In this document: piece after piece, positions 1 through 13,800 of the stretch
Position numbering within the stretch: position 1 is the first letter of the stretch
Layout: every line of letters begins with the position of its first letter
Assembly: GCF_002571385.2 (NCBI RefSeq)
Contig: NW_019218170.1
Location: 173,909-237,908 of the forward strand
Direction of reading: 5' to 3'
Length of the DNA: 64,000 bases
From: Stylophora pistillata
Lineage: Eukaryota
Translations under genes and position numbers: made by a program
Notes under the pieces: generated by a model
Databases searched by the model: none
What the model was told of the DNA's origin: nothing
Seen by the model: only the letters and a program-made list of their open reading frames with translations

Positions 1-1499
1 TTGAAAACATGTGAATACGACTGAATAAAATGAAATAATCGTGGATTGGAGAAATTCCATGGATATCAACCGGATCAGCTTAGAAATGCGATTCGGATTG
101 TATACTATCTGCCCAAAACGTCGTTCTTGTAGTGGATCGTCTACCTTTGGTTCGGCATAGGTCGGCATATCGGCTTAGTTTTTCAGTTAACAACATTTAA
201 AGCCAGTTGTAAATCCTCAACAAACATTTTAATGTCTGTTGAGGGGTTTTAAAAAAACTCAATTAAGTTTGCAACCCTTCAACAATATTTTTGTCTGAAA
301 TATCGGCACAGAGAAACAAACAAAAAATATTGTCGACAATTTCGCCATTTAGAATTTACATGTTTCTGGTGGAAACAATTCCAAAAGCGCTTTTACCTCT
401 TGATTATAGTTTTTATACATTTTCGAGCAAAAATGTATTAATGTGAGTGGAACGAGATCATTCAAAAGCCGGCAATCTCCGCCTTCTGCGTGCGTTCGAG
501 GCAGCATCACCTCATCTTACTTGATAATGTTGCAAAGATGAAAAAAATTAACGTTTAATCGTTTGTCTCAAGAGGACAATATTTTAAACAGTCCTCGCAT
601 AAAGATACAACTTGGAAACTCTACGCACAGCCATAAATATATTCTATCATTTGCTACTAAAGGCAGAGAAGAACTCTATTGACTTTCTTCATTTTACCGC
701 CCTGCCCTTTCATCATTTCACTGACTTGAACTAAGTTCCTTGCAAGAAACTTTAAAAGTCAAAATCAAACAAGATTAATTTTCAATCCTCTGATATGAGC
801 CATACTTTCTAGCTCCTACACATAATACTCGAGTCGAAGAAGGTAAGCATTTAAATTGATAAATTATTGAAAGTTTTTTTGTTTTTGTTACTGAGTTCTA
901 ACAATTTTTATATTGTTATGAATCATTCAAAATCTCTCACATTTAGGCAAGTTGATGGAAACAGCATTTTACGTACTCGCAGTAATGATCCATTGATCAA
1001 AACCCCTTTATTTTATTTAATGGCTATAATAGACACGATTAAATATCCGACCTCCATTCCTTGTTTCCCTGAACCAACTTTCTTAAAAAAAATAACTGCT
1101 TTGCTCCTTTGGCTGCTTTCATTGATAAAGTTCTATCTTAGATTGCTTACATGAGGTAAATGTGCTTCAACAGATGCAAAGAAAAAAGGAGGACAAAACT
1201 GTTTTTCCTTGGCCCTTAATTCTCTTGATGGCTCGTGGGATGTTTTGTAAATCATATTAATGTTAAAAACGGCAGAAACATTTGAATCTTTAATCCACTG
1301 TTAAGGAATTAAAGCATACGTAGGTTTTACACTCATCAAAAAGCATAAATAATCGATGTGTTTTTTTCCTTGGGATGACTCTTAAAAATTCAAAGTAGTA
1401 CTAAACTGCTTTTTTTTCTCCCTCTGTGAAAATACAATACGGAGTGAGGTGAGGCAGGCCATCAGTGAGTACTTTGCCAAAAGAAGTAGTCCTCAGGCT

Positions 1500-2328
1500 G
1501 CAACCGAGTGGGTATCAATGAAGTAATTTTCAAGTGATACCTCGCAGCGAATGAAGTCGCTCTCTTGATACTCGTAGCATCTGCGCAATGTGATTCCAGG
1601 TGCACCGTAGGCTTCTAAGATTTTCAAGAAGTTCCTCTGCAATGATGAACTTTGGTCTTCCAGGTTGCGATATGTGTGCAACGCTATTCGATCCTAAATC
1701 GACAAGACTGACTGTTCTCCTACCTATTCAGTCATCCTCTCAAACCAGAACTGATGTATTTCAGAAAAACACTCACAGAGCTGCAGTAAAATGTTTGTAC
1801 AACATAGATCCTCACTCTGATCAAGGACACTTCGCAGAACGGAGAGTACCCGGTCAAGACAATTGAAATGCAGCGCCGCTGAGTAGAACTCTAAGTTTAT
1901 GATTGTGGCGCTGTGTTCGCACCTATCCAGTAGATTTTCAGCAAATATAAAAAAATCATTCCAAGTAGTTGCATCTAGTGTTGCATCTAGGTCTAGATTT
2001 GTCGCCATTTTCAGACAGAACGTAATGATTTTGCATAATGGCGGGAAGCTTTGTGACCGTTCCATACTTTGTGGCCATGCCTCCTTGGGTCATGTGACTT
2101 TATGGAAAATATTTTTTTATCAAATAAAAAAAACTCAAATAAATATATTTTTTATAGAATGACGAAAGAGCACAGAAACAGTTTTAGCACACAAATAAAT
2201 TTTTATCACATGAAAATAATTTCAATAAAAATATGTCATCCAATAAAAATACCTTTAGTGAATAAAAATATGTCATTTATAAAATGAAAATATATTTCGT
2301 CAAATTTTGCTACTTGTCGGCAACCATA
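1500..2328 (-). mobile_element. Degenerate DNA transposon end, IS3EU-like (HTH remnant plus terminus)
   Basis: Minus strand ~1570-1700 reads SQPGRPKFIIAEELLENLRSLRCTWNHIAQMLRVSR, an HTH of the GRP..I..E.L..L.....W..IA.ML.VSR type found N-terminal to IS3-related eukaryotic transposases. The frame is broken relative to ORF 1724-2065. The minus strand begins TATGGTTGCCGAC at 2328, a TAY-type terminus. Confidence 0.45.
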
Positions 2329-2521
2329 GTATAGGAACACAATAAATTATGCTCAGGAAATTCGTGAGAAATAAGGAACTTTTGCTTCAAATAATATTCT
2401 ACGACACTTAAGTTCTGTTATTATCTTTTTCACAAGTTAGACAGATCGGAGTGTCTCATTCATTTTGATCAATTATTAATCGGTGTTTTTCTGCAAGCTC
2501 GATCTGTTAAGGGACAAACTT

Positions 2522-3400
2522 TCAAAACGTGTTCCCTTCTCCGAAATAAAAAAAAAGGATCGATCTAGTGCTTTTGGCCAAAGGAAGACCAATCAAATCC
2601 CTATGCCTGGTAATATATGTATGACATTTCTTAGCTTGAGTAAAATCACTCCATAGCCAGGAAGGTGCTAAGCAGTTCATGGATTTGATAACCAGGATGC
2701 ATTTAAGACAGTCTCTACGAGACTGAAGGCCAGGCCAACCAAGAATACGAACAATATCTGCTTCACTCACAGCCCTATTTAAGATATATGATACTCGCCG
2801 CACGCCCATTAAACTTATCAAGATACTATTTAGATATAGCCCCACAACTATCCCATGAAACTGAGCAATAGTCAGAAAGGGGGAGTATAATTGCGTTGTA
2901 CAAAATGATACAGGATCACTAAGGCAAGATCTTTCGTGCTCTTCGCAACATTCCTAATCTAGACGATATCTTCTTTCCCAAGTAATTAATGTGGGACTTC
3001 CAAGAAAGTGTTGGGTCCATATTTAAAATTTTCTAATCTTTGTAAGTCTCAGCTGAGCCGTTAGATGATATAGAGAACGACTTAGAGGCAAGGCTTTGAT
3101 GGGTACCAACAAGCATTATTTTAGATTTGGTGGAGTTGAGTATTAGGTAATTAGCACTAAGCCACTGAGTAACACTATCTAAATCAGATCACAGATTGGA
3201 CTCGATGATGTTAAGCTCGTCACTAGCAAAGTAAAGAAGCGTATCATCAGCATGCAGCTTAACATTGGAATATCTATAAAGAGCAAGGGCCCTAGAGCGC
3301 TACCCTGGGGACTCCAAAATCAATTTTTTGAAGCTCTAAAATTATTGCATTAACACAAACAATTTGAGAACGATTGGTTAAGTACGAGATCGTCAACCAT
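2522..3400 (-). mobile_element. Non-LTR retrotransposon (L2/CR1 group) reverse-transcriptase relic
   Basis: Minus-strand GVPQGSALGPLL (~3285-3316) and HADDTLLYF...DLDSVTQWLSANYLILNSTKSKIMLVGT (~3100-3255); contains stops and frameshifts. Confidence 0.85.
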
Positions 3401-3504
3401 TGGTTCGGGATAGGTCGGGATATCGGCGCTTTTTCAGTTTTTTATACATTTTTTAACAAAGATCCATTAATGTGAATGGGACGATCCCCGCGAAATTAAT
3501 GCAG

Positions 3505-3780
3505 ACATAGCAAAAAGGAAAAGACTCACGGCAAACGAAAACACCTAAGGCAAAAAGAAAAAGACTCAGGGAAAAAGATATAAACCCTGACGGCAAAAGA
3601 AATACCAATGTTCTCACGGCATAAAAGAAAGCACAGGGGTTTGGACGAGTTATCGAAGATGTTTCTTTTGCCGTGCTGGCTTTCTCTTTTTGCCGTGAGG
3701 CTCTCTCTTTCGCCGTGAAGCTTTTCCCTTTTGGCGCGAGGCTTTTTCTTTTGTCGTGAGGTCAATATTTTACCGCATAT
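3505..3780. repeat. MITE-like element with inverted arrays of CACGGCAAA / TTTGCCGTG units
   Basis: Repeated (c)acggcaaaagaaa units in the left half are mirrored by ttttgccgtg(ag) units in the right half. Confidence 0.55.
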
Positions 3781-4059
3781 ACAGCAAAAAATCGTCATCC
3801 AAGGACATACTTTCTTTGCAAGAGTCACAATAAAGGTCAATTTCGTAGCCTGCCTTTTTGAAATACAGTGTTATGCACAATCAGTATCTGACCCTCAAAT
3901 TAATTTTAAATTTTCTTTTGCCGCGAGTTAAATTTATTTTACCCCGAGTTATTTTATTTTGCAATCCGTTTTCCAAATTCCACATGAAAGCGAAAAACCA
4001 AAATTGAAATCCAATTTGTTTCTTTACAGCGCAGCGAAAAACAAAAACGAGAAACGAAA

Positions 4060-4215
4060 AACCGTTGGCACTAAGGTACACGCATTAAATTCGATTTTTA
4101 TTTTCCTACGCAATTGGAAAATGGTTGGCACTATGGTACACGCATTGAAAATAAAGTTTGATTTTCATTTTCTTACCCAATTGAAAAACGGTTGAAACTA
4201 GGGTACACGCATTCC
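4060..4215 (+). repeat. Three ~60-65 bp tandem units containing GGTACACGCATT
   Basis: gtacacgcatt occurs at ~4075, ~4136 and ~4203 with similar flanks (ggttggcacta, caattg). Confidence 0.6.
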
Positions 4216-5379
4216 CGAGGTCTTGGATATCAAGACAAAAATCTCAAGGAAAGTTGAATAGTAAGTGAATGCAAATGTGTGTTTTTGAGCAGCCAGTCTG
4301 CTTGTTTGTTTTCAGCAATGGTGTGTGTAAATCTGTCTTCCTTCCACCGAAAAGCTAAAGTCAATGAAACTCTTTCCAGCTAGACACAATAGATCAAATG
4401 CGACTTTTATTCATCGAGTTCCTTCGGTTTCTGTTATGAAATTTAGTGGAGAAATGTCTAAATTCAAGCGACTTGCAAAGAAAAGGCGAAAGTATATTTA
4501 TAGAAAAACTGAACACTTTGCTCAAAGTTTCACAAAAGAACAAATTTTGTTGAAGAATTCTGATATTAACGAAAGAGAGTCACTTTCATTGACGTCATTT
4601 TTAACTGCAACTACCTCTCGTTTTAACTTTTTGAGTTACTTCTTGTGAAGGGTTCATAGATAACAAATTGTTTTTAGGCCGTGTTTCAAAATCAAATTTA
4701 GAAGCGCAAAATGTTTCTGGAAATCAATTTTTTGCGGATGTTTCATGATGGAGTTGATCTAGATTAATTGATCTCAAAATTTCAACAGCTGCATGTTGAT
4801 GGCCCTGCCTGTTTTTATTATAACTCGTCTAGACAATGTCAAAACGAGCAAACTTCTTCTAAAATTAGGGTTCGCTTTATTTCAAATTTCAACGAGCTAT
4901 ACTTGCCGAAAAAAAAAATTAAATTTCGTCCTAGTTAGGCTCGCGTTAAATGTTCACGTTAGAGTTTAGTTCTAAGCTCTACTGATGAGCTGAAATAGGA
5001 TATTTAAAATGTTGAATAACCTTTCCTTATAGGCCGATTTGGGCATCTTCAAATACTGCGTGAAACGAATTGTCCTTAACAATTGATTTGAAAGCGGAAA
5101 GTTTTCAACTTTTCTGTAGATGTATGAACAAAAATCATAATACAAGAACCAACTGAATTCAGACTGATCGTACCAGCACCCATTTTAAATCCTGGATAGA
5201 GAAAGGCAGAGCTTTCGATCTGAAATCGAAGGAAATGACCGAAGTGCAACCGCGTCTCCCGCCAAAAGAAACCAAAGAAGCAACCAAGAAAATTTCAACC
5301 ATGTTAGATTAAACCTGCCATGAAGAATGAACAAAATCCTTCATCTAACTCACACTGTAAAATGTTAAAGTAAACTCAC

Positions 5380-5470
5380 CATGGTTTGCAAATGTAAAGG
5401 CATAAAACCAGCCTCCCATCAAAAGAAACAGAAATAGGAGAGAAAGCATCGGAAATCGACGACGCCTCAT
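5380..5470 (-). CDS. Probable first coding exon (signal peptide) of a secreted or membrane protein gene that continues leftwards
   Basis: ATG at 5470 in context gaagATGa reads MRRRRFPMLSLLFLFLLMGGWFYAFTFANH-G, then a canonical donor G|GTGAGT (91 nt, phase 1). Basic n-region plus hydrophobic h-region. No convincing second exon found in the window. Confidence 0.55.
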
Positions 5471-6009
5471 CTTCAGATTCTTACGGAAAAGGAAGTTTCG
5501 CGATTATTAAAATAGTTCTCATCATGATTAAATATTAACAAGGAGTTTTCTCAATCTTTCTGTTTACAGAGCTCCTGTCACGTTTTTCAGGCACGAAACT
5601 GTTCAGTAATTGGTTTCTCTTTTTGGCTTAACTCTCTAGCTCATTCTGTATAAGTTGCGTCCTTTGTATTTTAGGTTGAAGTCAAAACAATTCAATATTT
5701 TTATAACTTGTAGCAAATTGATAAAAACGCATCAAATTCAAATTTAAGTCAAAGTTCATAATACTTTGTCATGCTAATACAAGTGAATGAAGTTACAGAA
5801 AATACAAAAAGTGCATGGCTGGAGAACAATTTGGGGAAACTGAATTCCCATAAAGAGAATATTCTCCAACATTAAACATACTAAAAATTAAGAAGTAAAA
5901 TTTAAATGCGGCCCAAAATTCACTTAATTTAATTGCATACTAAAATTAACGCTAAAAAAGGTAAGAAGTAAAATTTAGATAAGGCTTAAAGCTAACCTAA
6001 TCAAATTGC

Positions 6010-6840
6010 ATACTTGTCATTCACTAGTTGTACCTGATTTGAAATTGACAAAGATGATCCAACTCATTAGATAGGACTTTAAAATGCTTAGTGAAGGTGC
6101 AAGCATAATGTTCGATGGAATACTATTCCAGTTTAAACTAATTTGCAACTGTCTTTGTTTTAGGTCTTATCATAGAATTATAGTTCTTGCGCGTTTTCGC
6201 TAATACATTAGAATAAAAAAGCATACGAGGTAATAATCTTGTACATCTGCACCAAGCAGATAAACTTCCTTCGTAACTCAAGCGAAGGCCATTTCAGGAC
6301 CTCAGGTCTGTCCTGATATTCTTCCTCTGATCCGCAAATGGCTCGAGTGGCTCACCTCTGTATCGACTCCATAGTTTTGCTGTGCTTCACTAAATACGGA
6401 TTCCAGACCTAACGACCAGGTTCCAAATTTTGGGCGCACTAACGTCTCCGATATGCTGTCGAAACTCCTTAAGAATTGTTTGGAGCAAAGGTTCGCCTTA
6501 TTAAAGCTAGAACCTTGTTACCTTAAGCACAGATATAGTTTATATGGTAATACCAAGACAGGCAAGACTCCAGCCAGACACCAAGGTACTTGTGGTGATC
6601 GACTGATGATAAGGGTTTGTCAGGCAACCACTACTCATGATGATATGGATCCTAGGATCTTGATAGGTGTAGGACCTTGGACTTTTTGGACTTCAAAGTA
6701 ACAAACCAGGAGTTACACCAGTCATAGGCACTATATACGGAGGTGAGTTTGAAGATCATTACATTGGTGAGATGTTTCGTTTCTCATGACCACATTTGGC
6801 ATTTGGAAGTCAAGACTAACATTTTATCAGCATCTAGTGT
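6010..6840 (-). mobile_element. CR1-like LINE 3' relic (RT C-terminal part)
   Basis: Minus strand reads YDWCNSWFVTLKSKKSKVLHLS, HKYLGVWLESCLSWYYHINYICA*GNKVLALIRRTF and LVRP..VWNPYLVKHSKTMESIQR*ATR, the typical post-YADD LINE motifs, with stops. Confidence 0.8.
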
Positions 6841-8149
6841 GGAATGACTAAACAGTCAATCCTTGGAAGTTCGAAAGAAATCATGTATCAGATATATTTG
6901 TTTAGGGGCTTTCCAATGTCCAAAGTTGAAGCAAACTCCTCGATTGATTCGGTTTAATCACAACGAGGAAACAGATCTACAGGATAAATCACAAAATCCA
7001 TACACTAAGTAACGCGAACTATAAAGCTAAACGAAACACAATATAATAGACTTACGATAATAAGTTCAATTCGCAAGATATTTGTTGATGTTCATGAGTT
7101 CGAGTTTCCGAAACGATCTCGCTGACTAGCACAGGTCAGCGGTCCTGACGAGTCCTCAGTATGTGGCCAGCGGTAGTCCCTTCAAAAGTAATAATTTATG
7201 TACGACTTAGCTAAAGCGCGTTTAAAAATGGAAAAAGTGTAGTCAAGAGATGTCATGAGTTTTATGGAAAATTGGTTGCCTCTGACTGTTGTTATCTCTG
7301 AAAGAGACGTTTTGACTAATGCTTAAGCCTTCATCAGTGATATGAAAAAACGAAGATCGTTATCATACGCCATTTAAAGTTAAAAACGTGACGCGAAGCT
7401 TGCGCGCGTAACTATGTATTCGATGCTCGCGCGAGATCTTTATAGGCCTCTGGAAGTGCGATGTCATCGTTCCCAGCATTCGGAATTAAAGTAGAGTGCC
7501 AGGCTTCAAGTAAAAGTCTCTCGTGGTAATTAGTTTCGAAACCAACGACCCTGGCCTTTGTAAAATCCACGTTATGTTATGTTATAGCTAAAGCGCTTTG
7601 GAATGTTTCTCAGCAAGAGTGGAAAGGACTTCTTCCATCTCCATTTGAAAACTTCCTTTCTGGCTGTAGCTTATGTACATCAATTCATACGAGATTTCAG
7701 ATATACTTCCGCTTTGTTACGTCACGCAGTGCATTTCCGTAGCAGCTTTTCATTTTTGTTGCACAGAAGTTATGTCTACAACTTTATTCTTTATGTTCAC
7801 GCTTTGAGGGCACGAAGCATCGATACTGCTGTCTTGATTGCCTTGTTCCTTAGCCGCTTCTATAGCTGTGAATCATTATTTTACCTGATTGCCACTAGGA
7901 CTTATAATCTAGCTTGCATCGGACAATTGAATAACACACTTGGCCCCCTCCCCCCTTCCCCTCTCCTTTCTGCCCTCCCCCCTCTGGGCTTCGCCTGCAC
8001 TGCTGCATGCTCGTAATTAAACTGATTGAACCGAGTAGAATAACTCTCAGCTAGTGCTGCTTCTGATCAAGCCACGAGGCTCAATATCCAAGTGCATCAG
8101 ATTAAACGGATTGATATCAGTTAGGCCATGCTCTTTTATGCGCTCTGTT

Positions 8150-8559
8150 TAGTGTCAGCCGACCGACCCAAATTTTTTGCATTAATAAAAAGTAAAATTG
8201 AAATAATATTGAACCATTTTCTCCTTTGAATAATTCTTTTAATCTGAAAATAAGCATAGTGACAGCATAGAGAAAAGCTGGAACAAAATCAGGAATATTT
8301 AATATTTATTATATATATATATATACATCTTTTAATTCAATTATAAAAAACCTGGAACTTTTGAAACGAAAATCAGAATAGTCACGTGAACTCATGTGCA
8401 AATAAATTCATTGATAAACAGAGAAAAAATATTTTAGAGTCTTACATGTAACTAAACATTTTTCATTGTCACTGAAAGGAACACAAAAAGCGAGAGCTCG
8501 TGTACCTTTTTTGTCTTCGTTATTATTGTTTGTTTTGTATTTGTATTTTTGTTTTGCTT

Positions 8560-8600
<41 letters not shown>

Positions 8601-9070
8601 CAGGTAGACCCCTCAGTAAAGGACTAAGTGAAAAAGCGAACCGAATTTCTAGGATTAGAAGAAATCTTCAAACCACTTACTAAGCACATACGACCCTGCT
8701 AACAAGGCAATTATACCCATGTTGCTTGGTTTCTACATGAATTTTTATTCACAATTCTCTCAGGTACACACACACACCAGAGAGCATACTAACAGACGAT
8801 CTGTAACTATTAAATACACATGAGCACAGGAAGGGAGTAAGGGCTGGGGGGAGGTTCGTTCAGTGTGAACCTACCGGACCAAATATTTGGCTTTTTAACA
8901 AAAAAAAAAGCAACGTTTAAGTAATGTTAAACCATTTTCCCCTTTTAATAATTCTTTTAATCTGAAAATGAGCACAGTAACAGCATAGAAAAAAAAAGAA
9001 ACAAAATCAGGAATATGTTTTTACTGTATATGTACATTTTGTTAATCCAAATATAAAAAAATATCAACTT
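8150..9070. repeat. Repeat with duplicated ~100-130 bp block (~8212-8350 and ~8929-9065); poly-T at 8562-8600
   Basis: aaccattttc..aataattcttttaatctgaaaa..agca.agt.acagcataga..aacaaaatcaggaatat is present twice. Confidence 0.6.
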
Positions 9071-9439
9071 CTTTTGACTTCTGGCCTCCTATTCAGAGAC
9101 TTCCTGCGATTTTTCTTAAGTTATTTTTTATCCGACAGGGCTGCCCAATATCAGGAAACGCATTTGACGCTGAACGAAAAAATAAATGGGGTGGGGGGGG
9201 GATGGCCTCACTGGACCGGGACGCCCGATTAAACTGAGCAAAATGATTCTCCAAAACTTGAAAGTAAGTTTTATTCCGTTTAATAATTTTATTACTGACC
9301 CCATTGAATCAAACACGTACATAAAGAGGAAGAAGAAATTTAGATCTCTATAAAACCTAAGTTACTGATTTGTTTTCTGATCTTAAAGCAGCGTTTTTTA
9401 AAGAACTTACGACTCCTTGCGAATGAGTCTTGAATTTTT

Positions 9440-9720
9440 TATTTTTTTATTTATTTTTTTTTTTACTTTGCAACCTTTTGAAAATTTCTTCGTTTTGCCA
9501 CACAAATCACTTAACTGATGTTTCCTGGAGAAAAAGATTTTTTTTCTCTACGTTTCCCATTAGGAAAAGGGCTGTCTTTTCGATTTTTTTTTTTCTTTTT
9601 TTTTTACTTTGCAACCTTTTGAAAATTTCTTCGTTTTGCTATACAAATCACTTAACGGCTGTTCCCCAGAGAAACAGATAATTTTTTCCCCTAGGCTTCG
9701 CATTAGGAAAAGGGCTGTTT
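9440..9720. repeat. Tandem duplication of ~140 bp
   Basis: ttttactttgcaaccttttgaaaatttcttcgttttgc..cacttaac..cattaggaaaagggctgt occurs twice in tandem. Confidence 0.85.
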
Positions 9721-10545
9721 ACCTTGGGATCAGTCCTCGAGTATTTATTAATATTCGCAAAGTACATTTACGCTAATTATGTATTCAAAACCGCACTAGG
9801 ACCATATGTGTAACAAAAATAAGCCCGGCGAGGGTAGCCAGCGGCCAGCCGACCAGGGGAGCCAACTGGTTTGTTTGTCGACTGCAGGCCGCTGGCTACC
9901 CTCGCTGGGATTATTTTTGTTACCCGACATATTGTGCGATCGGCGAACGAGTCCACAACTGTTTCAACGAGCCAAATTCGAAATTGGAAAGCCGATCGAT
10001 CTGGAGATAAAAGCATCGCTAGTGAAAGATCTGTGGGAGGAATTGGGAATCAAGTGAATGGAAATGGAACTGCAACATCTCTGCTTTGATTATCTGGAAG
10101 AATCGAGACTAGTGGTAATTTTTTGGCGGAATTAATCGCTTCGGGCGACGGACACTTCTAAAATAGGTTTCCGGCCTTGTCTTTTTTTTTTTAGCAGTTG
10201 AACACCAAAATAGCGCTAATTCGCCGAAAACGCTTCAAAATGGCCTGAGACGCTGGTAATCAACAAAGAAAACACCACGGCAATAAGGTAAATCCATTTT
10301 ATTTCAAAACAAGGCATTTTTTACTCTCCTTTAAGGCAAACCGATAACATCCCATACAAACCTTTATAAATATAAAACGTTGCGCAACACTGTAAGAGTC
10401 ACGTCCGCTTTTCTAGTAGTGTGCTTGGCCTGCCTGTGGTCTTGTTGGCTAACAATTACGCACTCTACTGTTTCACTTGTTTAATCAGTCTGCGCTGAGG
10501 GTTTTTCCAGCAAACGGTCGATGGTTCATTATTGGTGTTTTTCTT

Positions 10546-10886
10546 TTACAGTAAGGCTATGATCACCTGACCATGGCCAGATGATCGATAGCAACATTCG
10601 TTTTGTTGATTTTTACCAGCATTATAAGATCCTCCACCGCCTCCGCAAGAATCCCTAATAAATTTCCCACTGCTTCCTCCAGAGTAGCCTCCTCCTCCTC
10701 CACCACCTCCTCCATATCCATCAGCACCTGCACCTCCACCAAATCCACCAGAAATGTTGTGCTGCCTGGCTCTACCTCCCACCACTCCCTGGAGAAATCC
10801 TTTTCCACCCTCTCCACCATATCCCCCGGTACCACCAAACTGTTTTGAACTTCTGCCGCTGGAGTAGAAACCTCCGCCGCCGCCAC
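10546..10886 (-). CDS. Exon 6: glycine-rich domain C-terminal half and stop
   Basis: [43 protein letters not shown]; AATAAA downstream at ~10298-10303 (minus strand). Confidence 0.9.
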
Positions 10887-13800
10887 CTGTCAGTGATGGT
10901 AATAACAAGAACAATAATTGCTTACGTCCGCTTTATATTTGACTCATTTAGCAAATTATTGCTCAGGCAGATTTGATCAGTGAATATAATTTTTTCTCAA
11001 ACTAATGAACAGCTCTACGTCAAGGATTGAAGAAAGGGGATGCTTAAGGGCTATAGCTGTTTTTGGACGTCAATTGATGGATTTAAATACCCATGTAGGA
11101 ATTAAGACTAGTAGTGGTTGGTAACTGGTGGTTGGACTATTAAAAACAGAAGAAGTTGTCTTTATATAAGGAGAGGTAAGGAAAAAAATGAAAAATGTAA
11201 TACAGTTCAATGTCCTTCAAGTCTGTTAAATCTATAGCACAGTCCAATGGATAGATAGCTAATTACCATAGAATATATGTTATAATCTCAAGTGTATTTT
11301 TTGACGAGCACAAATGCTCCCAAATGTTGCGTGGTTAAATAAGATACTTACCTACTTACTTATCATATTACTAATGTAATTATGCAACAAATGCAGGAAG
11401 TAGGAGTTTTATGAGGGGGACCCCATACCTCCCGGGGATTTTATTTTCACACATTTGTCAGTGCAAGATACTTGACATTGGTGCCAAGTGTAATTGAAGT
11501 CGGTGATTTGAGCATTATAGACTCCGCTCGGTTTTCTCCTAGATACGCTTTTAAAGGAACTCACTAACCGGAGTAATCACTATCACCAGCTTTTGCACCA
11601 TGTCCATTGCTCCCCCCTGACCATGAGTTGTACCCAGGATTCCCAGACGAGCCAGTACTGGCATCACATCCTGGATGCCTTGAGCTTGCAGTCGCTAGGC
11701 CTCCTCCACCTCCGGCTATGATCAAAGGTCTGTTACTTCCCCTCGCGACAAATGTACCTCCACCACCGCCAGAAGAAGTAGACTGCGAATTAATTCCTCC
11801 TTCTTGACCAACTAGAATCTGAATGACTTCACCCTTGTTTAAGCTGAATGTTCCAATCATTCTTGCTCCTCTTCCTCGGTACTGAGCACTGTTAGTATAT
11901 GTATCATACCCTCCTGCAGCTCCAATTGCATCTATTCTGTAGTCACCGGTGTACGGCACAGTCCACTGTTGAATACCGCTGAGCAGTTTAACTTGTCCGT
12001 CATGATCCTGACCTGTGTAGTGGCTACCAAGCGAAGTTGGACCAAATCTTCCACTAGCACCGAGGCTTGTAAAAATGGCTCTAAACTCTACTTATCAAAG
12101 AGAGGGAAATGGTGAGACGGCATCAAAGTTTAGAAATAGATTACGCAAAAACAGGAAGTCTGACTAAATTTAAGTCCAAAAAATAGTGAAAATAGCTATA
12201 TTAGGCAACGTTCTACGGCAGAGACCTCAGCCTCCTTGAAAGAAGATCAAGGGTAATATTGCAAACACAGAAACGTCAACTGTATATATTTTATAACAAG
12301 GATTAAACGTCACGGCTCGTGTCCTATCAACGATATCTATTGGTTTATTGCGGAAACATTTATATCAGTGGCATAGGGAGAGGGACATCGAAATTCTTCT
12401 TGTTGAAATACAATACCTCCGTGGCGCTTTTGAACAGCGCTGTAATGCCAAAAAGTGGTTTATGCTTTTGTTTTCATCTACGCTTGGGAAAACACACGCG
12501 AGAGGCGAGGGAGGTGCGGGGGGATTTCAATGTTTACTAACAGAGTGAGAAAAGTGAACAAGTAATAATCACAGAGAAATCAGGTGTTGATTTCAAATTT
12601 CCCTCGAAATGTCAATTGACTTGTGAAGCACAAGATCGTAAGGTATGATCAAAATGTCCACAAACCTTTGATATGAATTAGGGTTGTCAAAACACTAGCA
12701 GATCCCAGTTTGTTGGCAGCTTTGCACTGATAGTCACCGGTATCTTGAGGGCTAAATCTGGTGATCATAAGAGTGCCGTTTATAACAGAGGATCGCCCTT
12801 GTGGTAATGAAGAAAATGCCTTCGACCATCGAATTGTCGGAGGAGGAAAGCCAAAGGCTTGGCAGGCAACAGTAACTGCTTCGTTTCCTTTGATTCTCAT
12901 GATTCGATCCGGGATCCTAGTAAAATGCGGTGGCACTACAGAATCAAAATAATGAAAATCAAAGACTTTTACTTACCTACTTTGATAAAGGACGCTTGTA
13001 GGAAATTTCAACTTTAAACCCTCAGGGAGACCAGTCCGAGCAGGAGCTGTTTTTAATTCTTAATTCCCTAGCCCTAAACAAGTCTGAGGGAAAGCACACG
13101 GCATAAGAGATATCTGTTAGATATAATGTTAAAAAAAGCTTGGTTTAATGTGGCCTTTACCAAAGTGATGATTTCGCATGATCTATGTGCCGCTATTGGG
13201 TCTTTCAAGCCAGTCTTTAATTTGTAAACCATGTTCACTCGCGCTTGTGCTAAAAACCGTTGGAACTGTTTCAATGTATTTTTGATGAAAGTGTTGAACT
13301 CTGGGTAGAGGAAAATACGAAATTTTTTCGGAGACTTCTGTCATTTCACGAGGTAGTAGTCAAAATGCAGCTTAGATTAATCTTTTTTAAAAAGTTAAAA
13401 AAATAACAATAAAGAAATGCAACCATCTTACCTTCCACAAAAAGCCTTACGACTTTTTGAACTTTTCCCAGTATACTTGTAGCTGTGCAAACATAATTTC
13501 CTGAGTCGTTAAAGGCGGTTGTTCTTATTTGCAACAAACTATCTCGACCGTTAGAAGATTCCAATCCAAAGCCATCTATTCTACTCCAGGACACTCTAGG
13601 CTTGGGATTGCCATCTGCCGCGCAGCCAAACCTGGCGGTCTGGTTCTGAGTGACCGTAAGTGAAGTAGGAGATACAGTGACTGTTGGTAAAGATATGGAC
13701 TGGCCTGGTTGACCTTTAGATCCCGGATGCCCTGGAATTCCCACATTACCTTAAGTAGATCAAACAAGAATGAGGACATTAAAAAAATACTCTTTCAGAA

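Noticed and set aside
7090-7160. GAAAC ... hairpin ... CTGACGAGTCC as a permuted hammerhead
   Set aside because: No stem II complementarity and no properly placed NUH cleavage site.
10546-11959. ALK/LTK receptor kinase gene or bacterial PE-PGRS contaminant
   Set aside because: A stop follows the glycine-rich domain, so there is no downstream TM or kinase; spliceosomal introns show it is a host gene.
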